From assembly GCA_030704615.1 (NCBI GenBank), contig CM060734.1:9796001-9860000 (forward strand): a stretch of DNA of 64,000 nt. The letters run 5' to 3'. Below, one piece after another: positions 11,982 to 23,084 of the stretch (positions are counted from its first letter, which is position 1; every line of letters starts with the position of its first letter). The notes beneath the pieces were generated by a model. That model saw only the letters and a list, made by a program, of their open reading frames with translations. It ran no database searches and had not been told where the DNA came from. This stretch comes from Takakia lepidozioides (Eukaryota > Plantae > Bryophyta). The position numbers were made by a program, and so were the translations under genes.

Positions 11982-12859
11982 CCCGATTGCAGGCGTCACG
12001 TCGGCGTCAGCAACACTGATAGGATTTGGGTCCCACGTTACGTTAGTAGATAAAGACATGGGTAAAACATTGCCACGTCCTTAGATAGCATGGCACAATT
12101 GTCGGCGAGCCCAAGGAGGTGGCATGTGTGATGCCAAAGTGGCGGTCACCTCGGAGCCAGTGAACTGGCATCGGTCGCCCTGGAGCCGAGTGAGGTGGCG
12201 AGGCAAGCACCCGCCTTAGTGGCGGTCGCCACTCTGCCGGATGTGGTGGCGATCTCGGCGACCACCACCATGGCGGTGGCCTTCGAGGCGCCTGAGGTGG
12301 CCATGTAGGTCGCCGGCGGGACCACCACGTGGCGGGTGCATGCCCACCGCCGTGTGTGGGATGGGCGGCCGCCATGTGGCAGGATGCGGGTGGAGCGTTG
12401 AGTTTGGGGGTATGGGCAGGGGGGAGGGTGGAGGGGCTATAAAAGGGCAGGCCTCCCCCCTATTTTTTCTCCTTTGCCTCCCCATTCTCGAGCTTGAGGG
12501 TACTTTGGATGCTTCGCGTTCTGAGTCCGAGAGTTCGAACTGGAAGAGGCAAGGGTGCTTGGCATTTGAGAGGAGAGGTTTTTGATTTTATTTCCCCTGA
12601 ACACACGAGAGAATTGGTTTAGGCAAGGGTGCTTGGCATTTGAGGGGGGAAATTTTTGAGTTTTTTATCCTTGAACTGACGAGAGAATTGGTTTGGAGTC
12701 AGGTCCGGCGTGTGACCGAAAGGGTGCACAAACCGATTTGCTATATCGGGAGGGGGAAGGGTTTAGGCCGGTTGAGGGGGGGTGTCGGGAGTGACAATCT
12801 ATTTTTGTGCAATTTGTTCCAAGATCTGATTTCATTTTCTTGCCATACCACACCAAGCA

Positions 12860-14334
12860 ATGTCTGGAACAGGGTCTAGCACTAGGACGGGAAGTTCATC
12901 AGGGAAAAAGAGGAAACATGGATTGGAGCGTGATAGCGCTATCAACAGAGATCATTACCCCAGCAAAGCCGCCGGGGATGTTGTCAAGGAATTGGTGCTA
13001 GCATATTTTATGGAGAAGAGCATGATGTACTTGCAAAGTGCGTATGTCCGGCATGGACACGAAGGATTCTGCAAGTTTGAACTGCGGATGGAGGAGAAAA
13101 CCCGGGAAGCTTTGGCCAGGGAGAAGTGGACAGAGGAGAGGGAGAAGCGCAAGTTCAACCAGTGGGTGGAACATCGAGCGGGCGACATCACATGGAATCT
13201 CAAGCAGTTTATTGGTTCGATGGTGAAACAAACGACAAGCGGTCCGGTGCCGGCTTGGGAGAAGGACTTGTTTGTGCGAGTTGGCTGGTGGGCGGATTCA
13301 GCGAAGGCCCACGGAAAATGTCGCACCAAGTCACTGACACGGAGGCAGCCCGACAGCATTCCTGGAGAGGGAGCGGCATTGTTGTGCCTCAGTTCGAACG
13401 CAGTGGTGGAGCAGTTGGATGGAGGGGGGCTTCGGACGAGTTCGTAAGGTACGAATTGCATTGCGGGTGATATCCGAATTAATATTAATTGGCAATTGGC
13501 GGAGAAAACACCTAAGGAGAAAGATCCTCATCTTGCTAGGAGGCAACATTTTGAAGAGGCCATGGCTGTGCGATTCGCACATCATGGGATTATAAAATAT
13601 ATATGTGTTCATCCACGAGACTTGGAGGGTTACACATTATGGTGGAATGGGGGTTCTCTACGTGATGTTTGGAAGAGTGACGAACGTTTTGGGAGCCGGG
13701 TGGATAACAGGGAGGTGTTGGCAAAGCATTGGACCGAGCAAGAACGAGAGCAGGTGAACCGTTTGGTTCGTTACTGCCGCCACCAGAGTAAATTGGCTTG
13801 GGCACTGCTGAGCATTATGGATAGTGTTCATAAGAACCACGTCATGCACAATGACCTTTCACCCAGTAATATTTTGTTGCATTTCCCGGATAGTATCGAT
13901 TAGGTGTACATCGGGGTGTGTGATTGGGGAATGGCAACCTCCACGGAGGCAGCGAAGATATCTCCATATCTTCTTGAAACTACCAGCAAAATGAAGGAGG
14001 AATTGCATCGACGTTGGTGGGTGACGCCAGAGATTGCTATGGTCCACGTGGCAACAATTTGTTGGATGGCACACCGCGAAGGCCCACCCAGAGCATGGCT
14101 TCCGAAACATTTGCTGTTGGTAAGATAGCACACAAAATCAATGGTGGCAGTCATTACGATGGGAGTGCGTTTGAGGATAAATTCATGGCAGAGTGTTTTG
14201 CTCTTGCTCTAGAGTAGCTATGCGATGTTGTTCAGGAGACTCGACCGACGTTGAGCGCCATAACGCGAAGTTTCATGTCGCCACCATTCAACTGGATGAA
14301 GCCTCACGATTGCTATAGGAAGGACATGTTGTAG
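12860..14334 (+). pseudogene. Intronless Ser/Thr protein kinase-like pseudogene, copy 1
   Basis: Joined ORFs give GGGFGRVR (G-loop), AEKTPK (VAIK Lys), EEAMA (alphaC), HHGII, WWNGGSLR, MHNDLSPSNILLHFP, IGVCDWG and WWVTPE. Contains stops and frameshifts. TATA-like CTATAAAAG at ~12436. Confidence 0.85.
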
Positions 14335-14501
14335 GCAATTTTACAAGCGCCATATGCTATAGCATGATGGTTCATGGAGTTACAATTTTAGATTGTACCC
14401 AATTTTCTCGCGTGGTTATAAAAGCACTATGACATTTTGAAATTGCGCATTGAGATCTGGAAACCGGGGAATGGTCCAGGGTAGCCATTCAATCCGATAC
14501 C

Positions 14502-15811
14502 ATGGATGATGTCGATCGCGTTATAAGGCAGCGGGATATTGCCATGGCAACTGCATTGCGGTTGTCCAAAACATTGGAGATTCAGGCATGGGTCCCATTG
14601 AATGGCGATTGGGAGAATTGGGTACAATGGGTGATCCAGTTGGCCTCCAGAGAAGCATGGGTAGAGCGGGCACTGTCAGCCTTGCAACGTGTCGCACGCA
14701 TGTCAAACCGTAGTGTGGATAGCATTTATGACAACATGCAAAGGTATAACGATCTCCGCAATGCATCAAGCGTGTTCGCCGGGTATACCAACTGGGCAAA
14801 TGTAGAATCTATGTTCGATCGATGTGAGCACAAAATTTCGGGATCAAACAGAAGCACAAACTGGGAATTGGAGATAGAGGAGGAGTGGGACACCACAACG
14901 TCAAGGATGAGCAGCCATATCAACGCGGCCGAGAGGGAGGAGATACCACGAAGCGTTTTGCTATCATGGATATCAAATGGCACAGTTTGTTCGATGTGCA
15001 GGAATCCACGGTCCAGAGGGATGCCATGTGCTTGGATCATGTGGACATATGTTTCATCTCACATGTCTTATCCCGCAAGCCTTGCGGATGAGTACAGGAT
15101 GTCGTACACCAATCCATCGCCGTTTCTATGAGCTGGTGGGCTTGGAGGAAATGATGCCCATAAGGTTTGAATACAATCGACACAACCTCCCATTGGATGG
15201 GCAACCATTTATATTTTCTGAATTGTATGCATTGGGGCAAGAACTTGTTATGGGATGCAGACAGAGAAATGCATGCCATACATGCCGAAAACCCGGCATA
15301 CGTTAAAGATCCCCAGTATTTCTGGGTCACCTCTGACTAGGAGATAACGGTACGTGCGGGAGGCATTCCCGATTGGTGGGAGAGAGAGCAGTTTTGCCGC
15401 AATTTGGGAGGGCATTGGAGTCAGAGAAGGTCCAGGTTTATCCGGCTCCCACATGTTCCAAAGGTGTTGAAGGAGAAAGAATTGTATAACCGAGAACCGA
15501 TTGAGAGACATTTCTTGCTGTCCAAACTGGAAGATGTTATAATATGTCAACGCTGAATGAATGAGGCGTACGAGGCGGCTTATCGTCGAAACGACACAAT
15601 GATTAGGGACAGGGCCCGTGAGAGGCAGTTGGAAAGTTTCAAGGGTATCATCAAGGCAGTTGTAGAGCAATGGATGCGACTATGGACATACCGTTATCGT
15701 CGTGTTTCGGGGGCTCTATTGTCAAATGTGGACGGCCTCGTTGCCGATTTGCATGCAGCCCGAGCACTTGTTGTCGATCCACCTCCGCCACGTCGTAAGA
15801 GTCAAGAATAA
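14502..15811 (+). pseudogene. Intronless RING-H2 finger protein pseudogene
   Basis: ORF 14502-15131 reaches CSMC; after a frameshift GPEGCHVLGSCGHMFHLTCL..GCRTP completes a C3H2C3-type pattern. Disrupted frames continue to ~15811. Confidence 0.7.
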
Positions 15812-16099
15812 AGTCAACTTTCACCGCGAAGTAGACGGATGTTGGCCAGAATTGATCACATGGCATTGGGCCCAAGAAGTGGTTCACCCTGTAAACAAAT
15901 TTACAATGGTGTCATATTTGGTCATGACGTGTATGTGGGTATCTGCAATGAACTCTGAAAGCTGGAAAATTGATGTTAACCAATAAGTTATAATGAGTTA
16001 TGAATGGTCGTCTTCCAAACAAATTTCGCTTAGTCTCGTATTTCATAATCATTTTACAAATTTTATCTACGTATGACAAACATACCCACAAAGTTCTCG

Positions 16100-18285
16100 A
16101 AGCACATAATTTCGATTGAGCTCATATTACTCTGGGACCTGTCAGATGGTACGTTGAATATACTGGCCAAGTCTCGAAACGAACGAAAATCTTTTGGATG
16201 GGCAACCATCCGTTGCCCCATTGTGTGAATTTTGATTGATCTCATATTACTCTGGGACCTGTCAGATGGTACATTGAATATACTGGCCAAGTCTCGAAGC
16301 GAACGAAAATCATTTGGATGGGCAACCATCCGTTGCCCCATTGTGTGAATTTCGATTGATCTCATATTAGTCTGGGACCTCTTAGATGGTGCATTGAACA
16401 AACTGGCCAAGTCTCTAAGCGATCCAAAATCATTTTGATGGGCAACCATCCGTTGAGCCATCGCATGAATTTTGATTATCTCATATTAGTCCAGGACCTG
16501 TGATAGGGTGTACCAAACGTACTGGCAAAGTTTGAAAGCAAACAAAAATGATTTGAATGGGCAACCATCCATTCACCCGTTGAATGAATGCCGGTTCATC
16601 TGCTATTACTGTGGGACCTGTTGGACTGCGTTTTGCGTGCTCATGATTTTTTTTTCATTTTGTTTTTTAATATTATGTGTAATGACGACATATGTAACGT
16701 GCGTGCCAAATTTGGGAGCAAACAAAATTCATTTGGACCCAGAACCACAGTTTCTTCCCTGTTTTGCACTCCAAACTTGATTTGTATTCTACTTCATGCA
16801 CTCTTCATAGAGAGTTCTGCAATAGTGAGCGAAGAGAACATTTTTTTTTCATTTTTTTGGTCCAAATTTTTGCAGGGATGTTGCGGTGGGAGGCTTAAAG
16901 CCGCAGAACAAAATTGAGCCAAAAATAAATTTGATACGTGGCACGAACCCCCAATCAAAGGCAGTGCAAACCTAATTATTGTCTTCAAATTCATTTCATC
17001 TCATATTACTCTGGGACCTCTTAGATGGTACATTGAACATACTGGCCAAGTCTCTAAGCGATCCAAAATCATTTCGATGGGCAACCATCCGTTGAGCCAT
17101 CGAATGAATTTCGGTTGATCTCATATTAGTTCGGGACTTGTGAGAGGGTGTCCCAAACGTACTCGCAAAGTTTGAAAGCAAACAAAAAAAATTTGGATGG
17201 GCAACCATCCGTTCACCCGTTGAATGAATTCTGTTGGATATGCTATTATTCTAGGACCTGTTGGACTGCGTTTCGCATGCTCATGATTTTTTTTTTTTTC
17301 ATTCCGTTTTTTAGTTTTATGTGTAATGACGACATATGCAATGTGTGTGCCAAATTTGGGAGTGAACAAAATTCATTTGGACCCAAAACCACAGTTTTTT
17401 CCCTGTTTTGCACTCCAAACTTGATTTGTGTTCTACTTCATGCACTCTTCATAGAGCGTTCTGCAATAGCGAGCGAAGAGAACATTTTATTTTTTTCTCA
17501 TTTTTGCTTGGTCCAATTTTTTGCAGGGGAGTAGCGGTGGGAGGCTTCAAGCCGTAGAACAAAATTGATCCAAAAATAAAATTGATACGTAGCCAAAACC
17601 CCTAATCAAAGGCAGTGTAAACCTAATTATTGTCTTCAAATTCATTTAAATTCAATTAAATTGGTTGAGGGCTGAGCACGTCGATGGGGAGGCAAATGAT
17701 TTTTTCTTCTGTTGTGTCTCTGCATATGTATTGCACACATGTTCAAGCACATGCGGGCAAAAGATGGGCTTCAACCACATCCGTTCAATGGGTGCAATAG
17801 GCGTGCACGCATTGCAGGATTTCTTTTTCGGAATGAACACAAACTGGATGACAGGTGAACGCCCCATTGGCCCATCGAACGAATTTGGATTGATCTCATA
17901 TTATTTTGGGACCTGTCAGATGGTACGTTGAACATGCTGGCGAAGTCTCGAAAGGAACGAAAATCATTTGGATGGGCAACCATCCATTGGCCCATTGAAC
18001 GAATTTTGTTTCATCTCATATTACCTTGGAACGTCTTAGATGGTTCATTGAACATACTGGCCAAGTCTCAAAGCGATCCAAAATCATTCGATGGGCAACT
18101 ATCCATTGAGCCATTGAATGAATTTCGATTGCTCTCATATTAGTCCGGGACCTGATACATGGTATGTTGAACATAGTGGCAAAGATTGAAAGAAAACGAA
18201 AATCATTTGGATGGGCAACCATTCGATCGCCCATTGAATGAATTTCGTTTCATCTCATATTAGACTGAGACCTGTTACATGGTTA
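16100..18285. repeat. 120-bp tandem repeat (~11 full or partial units) with a ~650-bp higher-order duplication (about 16350-16995 vs 16996-17645)
   Basis: Unit ..gatctcatattactctgggacctgtcagatggtac..ggatgggcaaccatcc.. recurs at 120-bp spacing. The spacer 16630-16995 is repeated at 17270-17645. Confidence 0.95.
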
Positions 18286-19560
18286 ACCTTTTGAAGCTCT
18301 TTTGTAGTGTCTCTTGCTTCGTAATGTGGTGCTTCTCCATGTCCACTTTATCCAATCTGTCGATGTTCTCCACCTGGAACAGATCCACACATGTGTACAA
18401 AAATCCTTAAATAACCAAATGACCATCGCAACTTTTATAAGCTTCATCCCCAGCTTCAAGTTTTGATGGTCATTTGGTTTTTTAAGTATTTATATACATA
18501 TGTCATGGGTACCCTGCCTTTTGAAGCTCATTTTGTAGTGTCTCCTGCTTCGTAATGCGATGCTTCTCTATGTCCACTTTTTGCAATGTTGATGTTCTCC
18601 ACCTGGAACAGATCCACACATGTGTACAGAAATCCTTAAATAACCAAATGACCATCACAACTTTTACAAGCCTCATCCCCAGCTTCAAGTTTTGACGATC
18701 ATTTGGTTTTTTAAGTATTTCTATACACATGTGTGGATCTGTTCCAGATGGAGAACATCAACGTTGGAAAAATAAGAGCTGGAGAAGCACCTCATTACGA
18801 AGCAAGAGAGACCTCTGCATGTTGAATATTTGGATGAAGAACCTTGCCCATCGTCACTTAGCACTTCTGAAATGATCACATGTTTGTTGGTGGAAGCTAA
18901 CGCGTCCTCGTCTCCCAACCATGTTGCCCCCTAGACCACATTGATGTATCAGGAGCAGTTGCATGGTATGTTGAACGTAGTGGCAAAGTTGAAGCAAACA
19001 AAAACCATTTGGATTGTCAATCATTCGAGAGGAGATGAATGATTCGATCGCCCATTGATCATCCATGGGTGCCCTGTCTTTTGAAGCTCTTTTTGTAGCG
19101 TCTCATGTTTCATCATGCGGTGCTTCTCTATGTTCTTTTTCTAGTGCCATTCTCGATCTGGAAGAGATCCACAGATGTATAGAAATCCTAAGAAAACCAA
19201 ATAACCATCAAAATTTGAAGCCTCGTTCCCGGACGACAGCTTCAAATTTTGATGGTTATTTTATTTTTTAAGGATTTCTATACATGTCTGGATGTCTTCC
19301 AGATCGAGAATGTCATCAAATTGGAAAAAGAAGAGCTAGAGAAGCACCGCATTACGAAACAGAACACATTACAGAATACCTCAGCATGTTCAACATTTAG
19401 ATGATGTCAGATGAACCATTTCGTTGGTCACTTGAAGCGTTTCTGAAATGATATCATGTTTGTTAGTAGGACGCTAAAGGTAATGCGTCCTCGTCTGCCA
19501 ATCATGCCTCCCCGTAGGCCACATTGATCTCATACTAGTCCAAGACTCCCGTAGGCCACA
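18286..19560. repeat. Three dispersed-tandem copies of a long (~200-280 bp) imperfect palindrome
   Basis: gatgttctccacctggaacagatccacacatgtgta...tacacatgtgtggatctgttccagatggagaacatc at 18591-18759. Related copies at 18286-18504 (partial) and 19076-19370. Confidence 0.9.
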
Positions 19561-19932
19561 TGGAACGGTTCATGTGATACATTTTCACAAATGCGATGTG
19601 ATACATTTGTGAAATTGTATCACATCAACCGTTTAATGTGGCCAATGCACCTCTTCCGCACTATGGCGGAAATGTTCGTCACTTGAAGGCACAAACACAA
19701 ATAATCCGTGCAAACAATCTCAATAATCATATGTACTGCAAAGTGTTTCATACTGCCAATGTTCATGTAGCTGATTTCTTTAGGAATCATTTTGCTACTC
19801 CCATGCCAACAACATCAGGTCCACTGGGACTGCCATATTCTGAATTCCGTATCAGCCACCACGGACATGAAATCAGGAACTGAGCACCAAATCTCCAATT
19901 CATTCTATTTGTGGTGGGTCGTAGTATGTTCC

Positions 19933-20263
19933 AATGTTCCAACGTTTCTGATAAGGTTCTGAGAAAAATGATGTATTGGTTCCGTAGGAGTTAGACAACC
20001 TACGTTCCATATCTCATTCTTATGTGCGACACTACCATAAGAGGCATGAGTCTGTAAGTAACAGATGTATATGCGACCGCCATTTGCTGGACCTAGTATC
20101 GAACGTTCGGACTTTGGAGGTCGCATGTGCACATGTTACTTTCAGACTCATGCCTCTCATGGTAGGGTCGCACATCCGAATGAGATGTGGGACGTTAGTT
20201 GTTTAACTCCTACGGAACTAATACATCGTTTTCTCAAAACCCTAGCGGAAACGTTCGAACATT
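19933..20263. repeat. 331-nt inverted repeat (arms ~150 nt, loop ~30 nt)
   Basis: aatgttccaacgtttc...atgcgaccgcca pairs with tggaggtcgcat...gaaacgttcgaacatt. Confidence 0.92.
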
Positions 20264-20448
20264 ACAAATATAAACAGTGAGACAATACACAAACCATTTA
20301 TGTTGCGATGACAGGTGCCAGGGTCGAGCATATGCAATGTAGTATTTACAACGGGATTTTATTTATTACATGCACGATCAAAATTGAGTTCTGTCTTCAC
20401 AAATGAACCATTGTACCACTGCAAATCTCATATCTACAAGACTATGGT

Positions 20449-21915
20449 CTACTCCGTCCTATATACGTCTTTGGGCTCAAGCCAATTGAATGGCTTGCCC
20501 ATGAACTGACATACTACCTGAGCTAATGTGACTCTATATTTCTTGGTGTTGTTGTACAACCTTCGTAGCATTGAATCCCAACAACATCCCGTAAATTGGT
20601 CCTCGAACATACTTTGATCATAATGGGCGCCGTCATTTATTCGTACCGCTATCTTCCCAACGGCAAAAGCCTCTGACGTCATGTCCTGGGGGGAGGGGCG
20701 TGGCATTCGCATTAAAAATCGATGCAATGTCTTTTTCCACCCACCATCTTTTCGCGAGTTCCCGGTCCAGCTTGTCTTGGTTTTCAAACTGGTATGGCGA
20801 GGTCTTGCGTATGCCCAATGGGGTGGCTAAGCCCCAATCACACACCCCAATCTTGATCTCCTCCGTGCCATCTGGAAAATGCAACAAGATGTTGTCGGGG
20901 GACAAGTCATTGTGCATGATACCGTTCTTATGGACAACATCCATGATGCACACCAGTGCCCATGTAAGTTTACTGCACACTTTCCGAAAACGAAGCAAGC
21001 GATCGCATTCCTGGAACTCTGCTTCCGTTCATTTTTTTTCCAAAATCACCCTGTTGTCCCAATTGTTGTCCTATTTTCTATCAAGGTTCATCATGTCGCG
21101 TATTGTCCCCCCATTCCACTAGCGAATATAACCCTTTACCTCACGTGCATTCATAGCAAAATATGAGATAACACCCGGATGCTGGAACTTCACTGCCAAA
21201 CACTCGTCGTTATGTTGTCTCAACGTCTTTTCGGGATTTTTGGACTTGGGTTTTTTTCCCGCTAGCTCCCAACGCTCCGGTATTCTAGAATCGCCAACAA
21301 TCCTACACTGACGGACCTTAGTATACCTTACTTCTTTGTAAGGGCCAATCTCTACGACCTTCGCACTTGAGTTCACGTAATAAAGACCAGTTGTGTCTCC
21401 CCCGCCCAATGACCCCGTCTTCCAAGAAACAGCCCTAGTCTGGCGATGTGAATTCTGACTTGCCGAGTAAGCCCAATACTCGACACTCCGCATTAATTCA
21501 GCTTTGGCGGAGGGCACCCAACCCTCGGTTGTTCTACACTTCCATGTCGTCATTAGCTGCCTCAAATTCCACGTGACATCTTTCGCCCTACTTTGGATCC
21601 ACCGATTGAAATTCGGCTTGTCCACCATCTGCCGTCCACTTAACCCCCCGCCAAAGCGTCCGTCATTTTCCTCTCCATATTCTGCTGGAAAATCTGAAAC
21701 CCTTCCCATCCATGCCTGACATAAACACTCTCCAGCCTCATCATGTCTCTACCCCTGAAATAATCCACTACCACTTCTTTCACCCTATCTAAGGCATCCG
21801 GTCCTGAGTAGTCTTGCTTGTTGACCTGGCTATCCCGCTCGTGGGCACATTTTCTCTTCCTCCGACCCCCAGACGTCGACCCCGCCCCAGAACTTTAATT
21901 CACAACCCCCGACAT
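20449..21915 (-). pseudogene. Intronless protein kinase-like pseudogene, copy 2 (paralog of 12860-14334)
   Basis: MSG..RKRK..ERDS..VKEVVVDYF..YVRHG; FNRWIQSRAKDVTWNLRQ; AGKKPK; HPGVI; MHNDLSPDNILLHFP; IGVCDWG; PFNWLEP..YR. Collinear with copy 1 from N- to C-terminus. Confidence 0.87.
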
Positions 21916-22504
21916 TGTATAAACCTTTGCCCACTACAGGGGACAGAACCTCAGAAAACGGCAATGGACGCGTGTGAATGGTATCTTCGTAGTTTCTGAA
22001 AAAAAAACAGGTCATCGGAGATCCAAAAACGGCAAAAAGGTACTACGATGATTGAACCGTGAACAAGGGCGTGGGACTGACCAATATAAAACCGATAAAA
22101 CCTCTCCCCCCCCCAAATAATTACCTTCGCACCTCCCGTTGGCAGTGCCAAGCAACGAAGTCCGAAAGGACTCCAAAATGCCAATGAACCACACCATGAG
22201 AGGGGCAAAAGTGATCAGAAAAGGAGCGGGAATGTTTATATAGGCACCCACCACACACCCCCCCCCAAAAAAAATTAAAATAAAATGGCATTATGGTGAA
22301 AAAACGTGACAGGCCAGTGGCACCTCGCCACGTGTCAGCGCGGCGCGACTAGCCAGTCGCACCTCGTCACGCGTACCCACATGGGAAAGGTCAAGGGTTC
22401 AAAAACACCTCCCCCCCCCCCCCTTTCGATTTGTTTCGTTTTTCCTGTGGCGCCTCGCCAAGTGGCCAGGAAAAGATTCATGATTTAAAAAAAAAAAAAA
22501 AAAA

Positions 22505-23065
22505 AAAACGACCGCCACACGACGGGTCCCTAGATTTCAAAAAATAATAATACACGCGACTGCCGCATGGCGGTCGCTACATTAAAAAAAGTAAGAGCGA
22601 CCACCACATGGCGGTCGCTGCATTATTTAAAAAATATTAAATAAGCGATCGCCAAACCGCGGTCGCTTAATTTAAGATTCGAAATAGAAAAAAACGACCG
22701 CCGCCAAATGGCGGTCGCTAGAGTTTTTTTTTTTATAAAAATTACCGCCACATGGCGGTCGTTGCATTTTTTTTAAATCTATTTAATAAGCGACCGCCAA
22801 ACGGCGGTCGCTTTATTGAAGAATCAAAATTAAAATAAGCGACCGCCGCTAAATGGCGGCCCCTTGAATTTTTATTTTTAAAAAAAAATAAAAAAAAAAA
22901 ACGGTCACTTAATTTAAAAATACAAATATAAATATGCGACGGCCGGTGAATGGCGGTCGCTGCATTTTTTTTAAATATATTAAAAAAACGACCGCCGGAT
23001 GGCGGTCGCTTCTTTCAAGAAACAAAATAAAAAGATGTGACCGCCACTTGGCGGTCGCTTCATTT
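22505..23065. repeat. Second array (~12 units) of GCGACCGCC/GGCGGTCGC hairpins with A-rich spacers
   Basis: For example aagcgaccgccaaacggcggtcgctt at ~22788. Confidence 0.95.
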
Positions 23066-23084
23066 ATAAAATAATAAACTAGAG

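Larger units (their letters stand above)
9445..23084. mobile_element. Composite non-autonomous DNA-transposon block with CCC termini (EnSpm/CMC-like), carrying kinase and RING cargo
   Basis: Starts CCCAGTTATCAGCGTCACGTC exactly where the DNMT frame is cut. A related terminus CCCGATTGCAGGCGTCACGTC at 11982 falls exactly where the hAT ORF is cut. Palindromic subterminal-type arrays lie at both edges. The right edge abuts gypsy-A coding sequence at 23085; no matching GGG terminus was found. Confidence 0.55.

Noticed and set aside
16100-18285. 5S rDNA or hammerhead ribozyme tandem array
   Set aside because: No resemblance to 5S rRNA and no CUGAnGA core found on either strand.
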